Shown one piece after another: positions 24,201-35,900 of a stretch of DNA of 64,000 bases. The notes below the pieces were generated by a model. That model did no database searches and was not told where the DNA came from. It was given only the letters and a program-made list of their open reading frames with translations. The first letter of the stretch is position 1. Each line of letters opens with the position of its first letter. The position numbers and the translations under genes were made by a program. Origin of the DNA: Paraspadella gotoi (Eukaryota > Animalia > Chaetognatha); contig CM119266.1 of the NCBI GenBank assembly GCA_051294375.1, positions 9,618,538 through 9,682,537 of the forward strand, read 5' to 3'.

Positions 24201-27200
24201 AAGCCTTTGATTCAACGCCAAAAAAGGTTGTTGATTTAGCCCTTGAAGAGGATTTGGCGATGGAGATTTCCGAGCCCGAATCGGAGGTCTTTAAATTTTC
24301 GCTACCTGAAAATAAAAATAATGAATTATTAAAAATTAAATTAAAAAAATAATTTTTTCATGGTATTTTTGCTATCTTTTTGTTGCGTTTTGATTAAGAG
24401 AAAACAACGATTTTTGTTAGAAAAAACAACGGACACATAGGACATGTTTCGCTTTCATCAGTGTTTGAAAGTGAAGAGACAGTAATTATTGTTATGTGTT
24501 ATTGACAGAACCGTTCAATATAAGCAGTCCCTGAGCTTCAGATCAGGCTGTAACTGTTACAGGCGGGTTAAGCGCCATGTCCCTCATAACTGCTAGGCGA
24601 CCACCGTGCTAGAACCCCGGATCTTTGGGTTGGGAGGCGAATGACTTGCCTCCGGCACCCATGGCCGCTGATGAACGGTTGGGGGATTTTAGTCCAATAT
24701 ATATCCCCCCCTCCCGTAGGAAGAAGTCTCTTGCATCTCCTCAGTGAATTGTTGTTGTTGGTGGAAAGTTCGTCACCAAGTTGAGGCATGTTGCCTGATG
24801 TTTGTTGGCGGAAAGTGCATCGCCAGGTTGAGGCATGTCGCCTGAAAGTGATGTTGTTGCTGTTGTGTTCGGAAGTCGGGCTCACCAATGAAGAGAAAGT
24901 AATTATTATGTGTTAGTGACAGAACTGTTCAATATAAGTAGTCCCTGAGCTTCGGATAGGGCTGTAACACCGAGTTACAGGTGGGTTAAGCCCTCTGTCC
25001 CTCTTAACTGCTAGGCGACCACCGGGCTAGAACCCCGGACCTTTGGGTTGGGAGGCGAATGACTTGCCTCTGTCACCAATGGCCGCTGATGAACGGTTGG
25101 TGGATTTTAGTAAATAATTTTAGTAAATAATTTTTGCAAAATATTTTAGAGAGAGAGAAAGAAAAAAATATCACCGAAAACAGTTTTAATTAGCAAGTGA
25201 GGTTTTTACCCATATAATAATTTCTAGCGACTCCATAAAAGACAATCTTAACTTACCGACCAAAGATTCACACAAATTAGAGACAAGATACTCTCTGGAT
25301 TCTTCTTGACTATAACTGTAGCTGATTCCCAATGTTTTTGCAGCCAACTCTTGAGTAATTTCATCATCGACCAAGAGAAGGCGTAACATGCTGTCCTATA
25401 GTATAGATTGTATAAAAATATTTTTGATTTTCAATGCGAACCTTTAACGCAAACTTAAACATTTAAAATTTGTAAAAAAAACGAAATCACAGTCAAAAAA
25501 TATATATTTAACCTGGATATCCGGCAATTGCCCTTGTAAAAAAGGTAAATGTCCAGCCTCCTGAATCATGCAAATGGTCCACACTGCAGCCGCTTGCTTC
25601 ACATGCTTGTTTTCGTTGTACAAATAAATCTTTGTTAATTTCTCAATAAGAAATTCAAGGTTTTCGGTGGGAGCATTCAAGGAGTTTTCCTCTAGAATTT
25701 CTTCGTCCGCAGTCCAACTGTCGGAGGCGAATCTCGATCCGGTTCCCATCGCTGACGTCGTCAATGCGGCCCCCACGTGAAATTGCAGTTTCAACTCTTT
25801 CATCTTGCAAGCTTCCATCAGCCTTTTAATAATTTCCCTAGCGTAAGGGAAACGCGAAGATTTCGAGCGACTCCAGCTTCGGGCGCCGCAGCAGAGCGAC
25901 GCCGCCGCGACAGCAGCCGCTTCGCGGAGTTTGACCGGATGTTTTGAGCACATGACAAAATCAAGAAGAATCGTAGCGAGGCCGGCTTTGGTAGAATACA
26001 AATCTTGTGGTTCTTCGTTCCCGTTTTTGTCAAAAGTTCTTTCTGTCGTTTAAAAATGACTAGTTTATTCTCTAGACAGCATTGAACGTTCATGTTAATT
26101 AGAAACGCAGAGTAAACTGCGAAGAATATTGATCCCACCTATCGACATTTCACCATCGGGCAGAGGGAGCTGCGCGAATCGAGCGATTTCGGTGATGGCC
26201 GAAACCGCGGAGTGTTGCACCAGCGGACTCGGGTGATGAAGTTTCATGGATAATTGCTTCACGGCTTCGTTCACAAACTTAGCTACTTCTTTCGAAGGGC
26301 AGGATTCCCATGTCTGAAGGAAAAAGTCGCTCAAAGAACGAAAGATGCCCAAAAATTATCAAACTAAGAAAAAAACGCAAAATTTAACCTCAAAATTCAG
26401 TGAACGCCGGCCCAAAGCCGCTCCTAGTCCCAAGATAGACCCGCTCAACCTTTCAAAGTTGTTTGACTCGGATGCCAAGCACAACAACAGAGAACGAATT
26501 TGCTCTATAAAGCCGGCTTCCGTTTCTATGGCGACAAGAATGGCGTAAAGCTGCGAAGCCGCTTCCCTGCCATGTTTAATAATCGTATTCTAACGACGTA
26601 ATATCAGGCCCCTTGTTTACTCATACTCAATCGTAAAAAAAAGCCTCACCTCACGTCTTCTCTCAGACTAAAGAGAAACTTGTCACGAATCCAATCTAGA
26701 CTGTCGGCGACCTCACGCGCTAAGATCCCGTCTGCCGCCACCAACTCCGTCATAAGGTACAGGCTCTCGGCGGAGCCCTGCTGTTGCAAGAGGCTTTCCA
26801 CGACGTACTTGTACCTCCGCACAGGGCTCAGGCTGGATGGATCGTCCTTCATGGCTCTTCCAATGTACTTGGTCACCGCAGGAGCCTGTAATTTCATCTC
26901 TGCTATGTTAAGTTCGGGCTTGCTCGCTTCAGAGGGGCACCCGGCCTCTGCGGCGAGGCAGGCGCGCAGGAAAGCCGCCACCTCCACCATCATCGGTGGG
27001 GCGAAGACTTGAAGCGTGGTTTCGTCCTTGCCACCGGCACCGCGACGCTGATCTGAGAATTTTCCTCTTTGGTAAAGGTAATCCGCAGCGACTCCAAAGT
27101 TCGGGTATTGACGTTCCTCCAACTTGATCATTTTGCGCCCCTTGTGATCTCCACCCTTAGTTTTTGAAAGTGTCACCGGCATCGTAGGAGTTTTGAGAAG

Positions 27201-30200
27201 TGAGGCGACTTCAGCGCGCACTTCTTCTCGTGGGTCGCCCGCGCAAAGCAGGACGACGTAGCGGCTTGGAATGTGGTTGCGTGGAAAGCAGATACAAGCG
27301 TATTTAAGGGCCATGAGACGAGGGGGAACCTCAGGCCTTTCACCGTTTTGCATCACTATGGCCTCGAGCTGTGATCGTTGCGGCTCACCTAGCGAGACGT
27401 AGCATGGCGCTACCAGCGAAAGCATTTCCTAATATTTTGATGAAAAAATTTTACTTACACCTCAATTTAAATCGATTTACAATTTTAGATTCATGCGTTT
27501 ATTTCTCAACAAAATTTTTTTTCAATTAAAGAATGTGGGAGATTCTGTAAAGGATTTAGCTAAAGCTTCCTTACATAAATGATATTAAACTGCAAATACT
27601 AATAGAACCTGAAGTGCAGTAAGTTTCGTCCCCGTAGCCATCGCCAAAGCTTCAAAATTTGTCTGAAGAAACCCGATGTCCTCTTGCACGAGTTTCGGCA
27701 ATCGGCGCCCGATCTTGCCAATCGCCACCAAAGCCATCGAATAGAGCTCTACCTCTTGCTCCATTTCATTGACTACCCTCGTCATTGCAGGCATCAGAGT
27801 TGCTCCGCTCAACTGTAATCATGTTCCAGTGATGGAAAGGAATTTTTAAAAAATCAAAAATTCTAAAAATCAAAATTTGTACTTGAAAGATCTTGTCCCT
27901 GCAAAACTCGGAAGCGTGAAGTACTAGTCGGACCGCGTTCATCTTCAGCTCTGCGTGGATAGAGGGGGAACTGAAGAGGCAGTCAAAGACAACCTGGACA
28001 AGCGCGGGAAAATATTCTGCCGATTGACGGGACTTGAGTAGAAACGGAAAAAGCTTGAGTCGCAGACGCGTCGAAACTGCGGAGCGTTTCTCGTCTTCAG
28101 AAAGGTCGGGACCCGCCTGTTTCTTGGTAACAGAGTCGCCCAGAAAGATATCGAACATCCGCACTACCGTTGAAGGCCGGTTCCAATCCTCAGCGTTGCC
28201 GCAATGCTGAAGGGCGGACTCGGCGAATGAGGCGACTGCATGGCGCTTGTCGCTGGATGCAACCACGAGATGCGTCACGATTTCATCGTCGTCGAAAATG
28301 CCGAGGCGGATAAAGCGAAGAACGCTGAGTTTGGCGCTCTCCAACTGCTCGGGACTCAGAGGATTCTCCCCGGTGATGCGCTGGAGGGAAGCTCTTGACA
28401 TTCCCGGCGGCGGAGTTCCCCCCGTCCATGAAACAGTTACGTCAGAGTTGTTCATAGTACATGCCCCAGGCACGTTTATGCCGTAGGGAAGAAGAAGAAG
28501 GTCGAAAATCATTTCGAGGAGCAATTTTTTGGTGTCTGGAAGATGTTCCAAACCGAGGGTCGCCTTTCTATCTTGCGAAGACAGCGTCTCCTCGAACGGG
28601 ATTGAGCCCAGCAAAGGTAGCAGAAGAAAAATGATGCCTTCTTGATGCTGTTGCGGTTTATCCTCGAGAATGCGAAGTAATTGGGGCGCCATTCGGGCCT
28701 GCGACTGTAGGTCAAGTCGTTCTATACCCATTTTCAGATAGATGATGCAAAAGTTATGGACGAAGCTGGAAGCCTCAGGGTCCGACATATCCGAATAGAT
28801 CGGCAAAAGAGTTTCGAGAGGAAGGTGGATGTTAAGGCTAAAAGAAATTTAGGTGTCTGGACTTTACATTTGACGTTGACACATTTATATTTTCGAAAAT
28901 AGTGTAGTTTCCCCCTCACCGGCTCTTGAGACGTTTGTTGATGTGTACGAGCATTTCCAGCACTTTTTTTCTTACGCCTTCTTCAGGCGACTTTAGTTGC
29001 AGCAGTACAGCTGGGAGATACTTTCTCAGTGCGGCTTCAAACTGTTCGTCGTCCTCAGCAGAGACGAACTTAAGGAAAACCCGTTCCAGCATCTGACTAA
29101 TGTCTAGCTTTTCAGCCATTCTTGGTTTCTAACCCAAACAGAGAAAAATACACATGAAAAAAATAAAAATATCTTTACAAAAAAGATTTGTTCTTAAACA
29201 AATATCTGAAGAGAGTAGGCTCAATTCATTTGGGTAAAAACTCTTTTTTGTAGGACTAAGTACGGTCTGAGATTTATCGCTACGTTTAAACAACTTTTTT
29301 TAATTCTGTATTTCCAAATAATTTTTTTATTTGTACATACATGTTTCTCATTGTCTCTTCTTCCTCTTTCATTCTCCTCCAATTTTTTCTGCTTCTCACT
29401 AGACTAATAAAATTAAAATATAACTTCCTGAGACTGACTGAGAAAGAAAGATAGGCAAACAGATAACTTAAAATATCTACTTAACTCCAATTTATTTTAG
29501 GACAAGCAATGTCGATTTCACGAAGCTCTTTGCGACAACGTCGACACTTTTGCCGCGTTGCAACAAATTCGCGAGTTGGTCAATTGCTGTAACTCTTACA
29601 TAAGAGAAAAGCGAGATGCAAACGAAAGACCGGACGCAATTGTACTGAAAACCATCGCAGTTTTCATCACCAACATGTTGAAGGTTCGATTACAGAGGCA
29701 TGGAGAGGGTTCGTCGGAGGTTCTCCGAATAATCTCTTCAACCCTCATTTTCACAGATGTTCGGCGCCATTCGTTCGTCGACTGAAGAATTCGGATTTTC
29801 CTCGAACGAAACATCCGACGCCGTAGATCGGGAAAAGACCGTCGCTCCTTTTCTCGAAGCCTTCGCCACGTTTCGCGACGACGTGCGAAAGGTGGCTCGT
29901 CAACATAAATTCACGGATGCCCTCGTGCTTTGCGATCACGTCCGGGACGACGTCCTTCCTCATCTGGGCGTCAGGTTGGAGGACAAGGAAGGTAAGTCAT
30001 GACTTCACACGTCATTCGATTATAACGCGATTAAAACCTTTTTGGGTTCAAGGTCAAAAGACGGAAATTAAACTGGTTGACAAGGAGACGCTTCTGAGAG
30101 AGCGAGAAGAAAGAATCAAGATGGAGGAAGAAAAACGGAAAATAAAGGAGGCGGAGAAGGAAAGAAAGGAAGCGGAGGCGAGGGCGAGGGAGGAAGCGAA

Positions 30201-31441
30201 GAGAACCCCGCCTTGGGAGTTGTTCAAGAAAGAGATCGACAAGTACTCTGCATTCGACGACCGTGGAATTCCCACTTTGGACGCGGAAGGAAAGGAAATC
30301 TCAAAAGGACAAATTAAGGTATGCCTGTCGATGCTCGGGTTGTTAGTATTAAGTTTTATTATTTTAAAATTGTTTGTGTTATTTTTTTTTTAGAAATTGA
30401 TCAAAGTTTGGCAAGCACAAGAAAAGAAGTACAACGATTACCTGAGTTCTTCCGAGGAGACTCGCCCAAAATCCGAAAAAGGGTCCAAAAAGTTGGAGAA
30501 TAACGTAAAGAAAGATTCTCTTGTAAAATCGAACTTTTTTGAGCCGCAACTTGCGACGAACTCCGATGGAACCGTAGGAACTCTTTACCACTACCAAGAT
30601 CATTATCGGACTCATCTCGTTAGAATTGTCGCCGCGTATGCTGGACTTAAACTGAACGTCGTCACTGATCCCGTTAAATTTCAAAGTCCCGAGCTTGTTA
30701 ACGCGTGTCCTCTGGGAACGCTTCCTGCGCTGATTCTTCCGGATGGTGAATAATTTTGGAATTGATTTTTGATTGAATTTTTTAATTGCGTTTTCGTCAA
30801 CTAAATAATACTATTTATCTTCCACTTAGGCGAGTGCATTTCCGAGTCAATGGCCATAGTTTCGTTTTTAAGCCCTTCCAACTTCAAAAACGGGACGGAC
30901 CTAAAATCATCCGCTTTGATTCAACAATGGATAAGCTTTTCAAACAATTCCATTCTTCCAGGTAATCTTATTGTGGACTAATAAACTCGATTATGTATAT
31001 AATAATTTATTTAAAAAAATTAATATAGAATTTTAAAGTCTAATTTAGTAAAACAAGTAATCTTGCAATTTTTCATATATAATAATTTATAATAATAATT
31101 ATTATATGGAAATAACCATACACATCTAAACAGCTGCCTGCTCGTGGGTTTATCCTCTGATGAAAATCGTGGTTGAGGAACCGGCGACGATCGAATCCGC
31201 GAAGGCCGACCTGAGGAAGTCGTTGAAAGCTCTCGACGATTATTTACTCTTCCGAACCTTTCTCGTCGGCGATTGCATCACGTTGGCCGACGTATTCGTT
31301 GCCAGCGATTTGCTGCTCCCCTTCAAACTCGTATTAACGAACGAATGGAGGCGCGAATTAGGAAACGTGACGCGATGGTTTACGACAATTGTTAATCAAA
31401 AGCCCGTGATGGACGTTGTCGGAGCCGTGGAATTTTGTTGA
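18229..31441 (+). CDS. CARS1: Cytoplasmic cysteinyl-tRNA synthetase with a fused C-terminal GST-like domain; 8.4-kb intron 21096-29500
   Basis: [18 protein letters not shown] (HIGH), [40 protein letters not shown]; after the large intron [30 protein letters not shown]; then a GST fold ending at TGA 31439-31441. Confidence 0.95.
19380..19990. mobile_element. Degenerate AT-rich foldback element/MITE flanked by (TA)n, in a CARS1 intron
   Basis: About 19490-19630 is an imperfect reverse complement of about 19730-19868 (gattctgatagagctttaaaagttag versus ctaactttcatttaacttttcaagctctataagaatc). The ends ttaggccgg and cccgccttaa both abut TA repeats. Confidence 0.7.
21475..29119 (-). CDS. ECPAS: Proteasome adaptor and scaffold Ecm29 (HEAT repeats), multi-exon, nested in the CARS1 intron
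   Basis: MLERVFLKF...[34 protein letters not shown]; [12 protein letters not shown]...AMSSIW; [11 protein letters not shown]; [14 protein letters not shown]. Confidence 0.93.
24428..24466 (-). ncRNA. Degenerate type I hammerhead ribozyme motif (stem II largely lost)
   Basis: Minus strand reads aaca-CTGATGA-aagc-GAAACATGTC-ctatgtgtccgtt, the same core and ends as the intact copy at 56223-56265. Confidence 0.5.
24472..25111 (-). mobile_element. Two direct copies (24472-24693, 24889-25111) of an about 220-bp tRNA-derived SINE-like unit, separated by a spacer with about 47-bp subrepeats
   Basis: The copies align along their length. The minus strand has a tRNA-like head (24597-24668, 25015-25086) with acceptor stem GCGGCCA/TGGTCGC, A-box-like TGGTGACAGAGG, B box GGTTCTAGCC and loop CTCCCAA, followed by a body and a TAA-rich tail. 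Confidence 0.75.
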
Positions 31442-31625
31442 CGAAACCAGAAAATAACAAAAAGACATTGCTTGTTGTTAGTCGAGAATTAAAATTTTAA
31501 CTGTGATACTAATTAAATTTAAAAGGATGTTTTTGGAGAATACGTGGAAAACGAAGATAACAACTAGTCGAAATTTTTCTTTTTTTAGTTGATTCTTTTC
31601 GATTTGACCCCAATTTAAAAAGACA

Positions 31626-32512
31626 ATGGATTTTTGTCAATTTCTCTCTTTACTGTTCGTGGTTTACCTGTCCGGGGTCGATTCGCTCATGTTCCATCTA
31701 GAACCGATGGCCAAGAAATGTTTGAAGGAAGAAATTCACAAAGATGTGTTAGTAACCGGCGATTACGAACTCAATGAAATGGGTGATCAGAAAACGAATC
31801 TGGTGGTTACGGATACGAGGTAAAAAATAGTTTTTTGTTGGGGCTGTTGTATAGTATATAGTGTATAGTGTATACGTAGGTCTGTACGATTAGTTAGTAA
31901 TGCTTTGTTTTGTAAGACTAAAACTCGCTTTAAAAATAAAATAATATTCTTATCACTAACCCCGGTCGGTGAAAGTAAAATTAACCCATATTATTCTGAA
32001 AATGTTTTTCTATAGGGGCCATACTTTGTATCAAAAGGAAGACGCGACGAAGGGCAAGTTCGCCTTCACAACGGATGAGTACGACGTCTTCGAGGTGTGC
32101 TTCGAGACGGTCAAGGGTCACGGACAGGCTCGCGAGGTCAGGCTCATTATGAAGCACGGCGTAGAAGCTCGAAACTACGAGGACATCGCCAAAGCGGAAA
32201 AACTCAAGCCTATGGAGGTACCAACCTAATCCAAAGATTTAAGAAGCTACTCTTGATGTTGTCGCGAGACTCCACCCTCCCATTTATCTCCTTCAGTTGG
32301 AACTGCGACGCTTAGAGGATCTCTCCGAGTCGATCGTCAACGACTTCGCCTACATGCGGCAACGGGAGGAGGAGATGCGCGACACCAACGAGTCCACCAA
32401 TTCCCGCGTCTTTTACTTTTCCATCTTCTCCATGATCTGTCTCCTCGGTCTCGCCTGCGCACAAGTTCTGTACCTCAAGAAATATTTCAAGTCGAAAAAA
32501 CTCATCGAGTGA
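31626..32512 (+). CDS. TMED10: p24 delta / TMP21 cargo receptor, 3 exons
   Basis: [18 protein letters not shown]; [13 protein letters not shown]; [22 protein letters not shown]; [19 protein letters not shown]...FKSKKLIE. Confidence 0.97.
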
Positions 32513-32951
32513 AAAAGATCTTCTTTTCTTCGTGTGGTGGAGCGATGTGCGCGGCCTTTCCAGATTTTGGGAAAAAACTAAAAACATTCTCATGCATCAT
32601 TTCGCCATCGTTAATTTTCATAGGATATGTTTCGACACTCCGAATTTTTAAAGGGCAAACAAGTTTTCGCAGGGGTTGATTCGTAATTTAAATTCATTAA
32701 TTATTAAATATCTTCATTAAGTTGTAAGCATTTCGATTTCGGTGGTAATTAACAGACTATTATTAGCTAGTTGCTAGCTTATATTTTCTTCAACAATGCT
32801 TAAATTTTTTTTTTTCGTGATTGTTTAAACGTTAGTCACTGGACCATGTTTTTTTTTTAGCCAATTAAAAAACTGTTTTGAAACATGACGCTGAACTGGT
32901 ACTAATTTATAATTCATCAGTTTCGAATACAAAAAAAAAACTAAAAAAAAA

Positions 32952-35900
32952 ATGGGAGACCTCGTCTTTCATCCTGGAGACTTAGTGAGGTTTGTGAAAT
33001 ATTCAAATGACGAATACGAATTAGTAATAATGATTATAGCAAAGTAAATTAATATACTTTCCAAGCATGCTCGATGCGGATGGCAACAAAAAGTACGGCA
33101 TTTTCATTCGAAGATGCATGGAGAGTAAGAAAAAGAAATCCACGGTCGCGGGGAACGAGGAATCTCCCGCCGGGGCCGAAGGCGGCGACGCCATTCCCAT
33201 CGACGCCCCAGAGTTCGAGGTGAGGGCTTCGATCGTCGTTTCTCAACCAAGAGCTTGGGTCATACGTATAATTAAATATGCCAATTTTGATTTAACCAGG
33301 AACACCCCTTTTCCCCTTCGTCGCAACTCACAGAATCTCCATTTGTGATGGTAAAATGGAATCCCTGCGGAGCTGAAACTTCCCAATTCAGGTAAATACC
33401 GCGTTGCTGATTAAATTTTTTTGCTGTCTTAAGTAAGTTAGTAAAGTAAAGAGGAAGAAAGTATATAATGGTGCGACAATTTTTCTTTGGTTATCAGTTA
33501 CTGGAATTCTATGGTTTCGTGCGGAAGTCATCCCTACGCCTCCGCCGTCGACGAGTCTTTCAGCAAAGTCGCCATTAGTGACCTCACCTTAGTCGATCGA
33601 TGCTTTTCCTCCGGCGATCGTGTCTCGAAATACCGAAAAGTAAGTGAAATAACAAGCGAAATATTTCCTTTTGATTTAGTTTTATTGTTATACGATTTTT
33701 TGTTTAATTACAGGGAAAACCTCCTATCCAAGGGCACGTTATTGGCATGGATATATTTTGTGATTGTAAGATATTAAACCCATCCTCTTCCGCCAATGTG
33801 CACCTGGATAAAGTTCATTTGGAAGATCTGCAGCCGATGGCGCCGTATTTGAAGCGAAACCGAATTATGTCTTACTACAACAAAAAGACAAAGAGCGTTC
33901 ATTTAGGTATTTGTAAACGTATTTAAACATATATTTCTTTTTTTGGTAATGACATTTGTGGGTACTCATTGGACGGCTCGCTTAATATTGATGTGAATTC
34001 GATTGTCAATTCAAGGAATTATCGAGAAATGCAAGTTCGACATTGAGGTGGAATTTCCCGATGGCGCCGTCGCTCTTGTTCCATCAAATATGCCAGCATT
34101 ATTGCTAGATTTCAATACAATGCAAGTACGTACAACAAATCAAACAAAAATGAAAATAAACATTAATATAGCGCTTGCAGAAAAAAAATATATTTCCTTG
34201 ACTTTTCAGTTCAGCGCTTTAAAATCGCACAGCAGCGGAAATATTCTCCACATCGGGCAACAGCTTTTGATTTCCGTCTCCAATCTCAAGCAAATAAAAA
34301 AGTGGGTAAAACCTGGCCCCGATTTTTGTCCACCTTCCGACGACGCCACATCAGGTGGGTGGAAAAAATTAGGTTTTTTTTTCCACTTTTTTCCTCGGAC
34401 ATCTATTTATATCTTTAAAATTTCAGTGTTGTCAACTAATACCAACGTGAACGATAAGGTGGTTGCCACCATTGTTCGGCTCGTGCCTACCAAGATTTTT
34501 CCAATTTGGATTTATCCGACGAATCACGTTTGCGGCCAGGACATTCCTCCCTATACCTTCAGCGTTTCGAGCATGAAACAATTCGACGAGACTTGCTGGA
34601 GTTGGGCCGGACGCCAAATCGGCGCGGGTGAGAGGCCTCTTCTCAAACTAATGAAAGCTGGAGAGCGACATTTGTTGTGTATTGAATCTAGATAACGAAT
34701 CAAATTGTCTTCCAAGGTCGTTCAAGATCGTTATTTCGAAAGAAATTTCTCTACAAGCTAAAGGAGGAAGACATCAAGACCATTCACAAAACTACCTCGG
34801 ATTCTAAGCACTCGTCGTTTTTTCTCAACGGCAACAACAACAATCAGGGACTGACCTTTAACCCCTGCAGCTGCATGTCGGTCTTAGGTCTCCCGCCCCA
34901 AAACGTTTCCGTTTCCAGTTTTTCAAAGATCGGGCCCGATGTTTTACGACCCGAGACGATGAAGGTAATTTTAAAACTATTTTTGTGGTTTGAAGGTTTT
35001 TTATCGATTTACTTTTCGTTTTTACTGTCGACAGTCTGGAGATTTGATTCCCGTGGAAGTCGTCAAAACTCAGTCTTTCGCCACTGTTCTTTGGCAAGAC
35101 GGAGTTGTCGAAAAACAGTGTTCCTGCATCAACCTTCTTCCAGGGAAATACGGAATGGTCATGAGGGATTTCTTTCCGGGTAAATCCTTGTCCTTTGACA
35201 TTACAGATTCAGGTGTCCTGTCTTATGGTCCTCCGTCTACTCTTTACGCTTTAATCGATTCAGGTAACCTTGTGATCGAGAAGCATTCGACCGATTCATC
35301 CAACGCCTACGGATCGATGCCATTAAGCGTTGGTAGGGATAGGGGTGGGATAAACGTGAGAAATTTCCTCTAAAAATTTTCTGAATTTACTTGGCACATG
35401 TTTGATACTTTCCCATCAGAGGAACTTCAAAAGAGCGTCCTTAAAGTAGCGGATGCGATGGCCTCTTCGGTGACCATGCTAAACCTCGACGCTCCGGCGC
35501 CGAGTTTAGACTCCTGGGCCTCTTCTCCGCTCGGCGGCGGACCATTCGGAAAGCCCATGCTCGGCCACTTTGCGCGGAACAGGACCAATGACCTAAGCAG
35601 CTACGGCGTCGTCCTCAAATCGGATCAGAAGAACCGAACGGCCGTCATCAAATGGGTCCAAGTGAAATCGTTGAAGATTCCCAGAGGCATGTCGCGAAGA
35701 TAATACCGAGGCCTTTCATCAGAAAAGTTTTTACGCTCGATCATTTTTTTTCATTCGTTTAGGCGACAGACAGGCGACCGCGACGGGGGCTGGTCCGTCC
35801 AATGCGATCGCTTCCACGTGCGCGACCGGGACGCAAACTTCATTCTCCATCAAAAAGGAAGTGATTGAAAGCAAACCCGAAGAGATGAGCATATACGATC

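Noticed and set aside
24755-24890. Short repeats with variable spacing as a CRISPR array
   Set aside because: Eukaryotic intron, only 2-3 degenerate tandem units, no unique spacers and no cas genes.
24597-25086. Two functional tRNA-Gly(CCC) genes
   Set aside because: The anticodon stem does not pair, there is no oligo-T terminator, and both sit in longer repeated units; better explained as SINE-like heads.
24664-25100. Plus-strand CTGATGA in each repeat copy as a hammerhead core or C/D box
   Set aside because: No correctly placed stem II plus GAAA and no matching C/D partner with a terminal stem.
21557-28486. Long plus-strand ORFs overlapping ECM29 (and similar antisense ORFs over CARS1, KCTD3, TRAF)
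   Set aside because: Shadow ORFs of GC-rich coding exons with no recognisable motifs.
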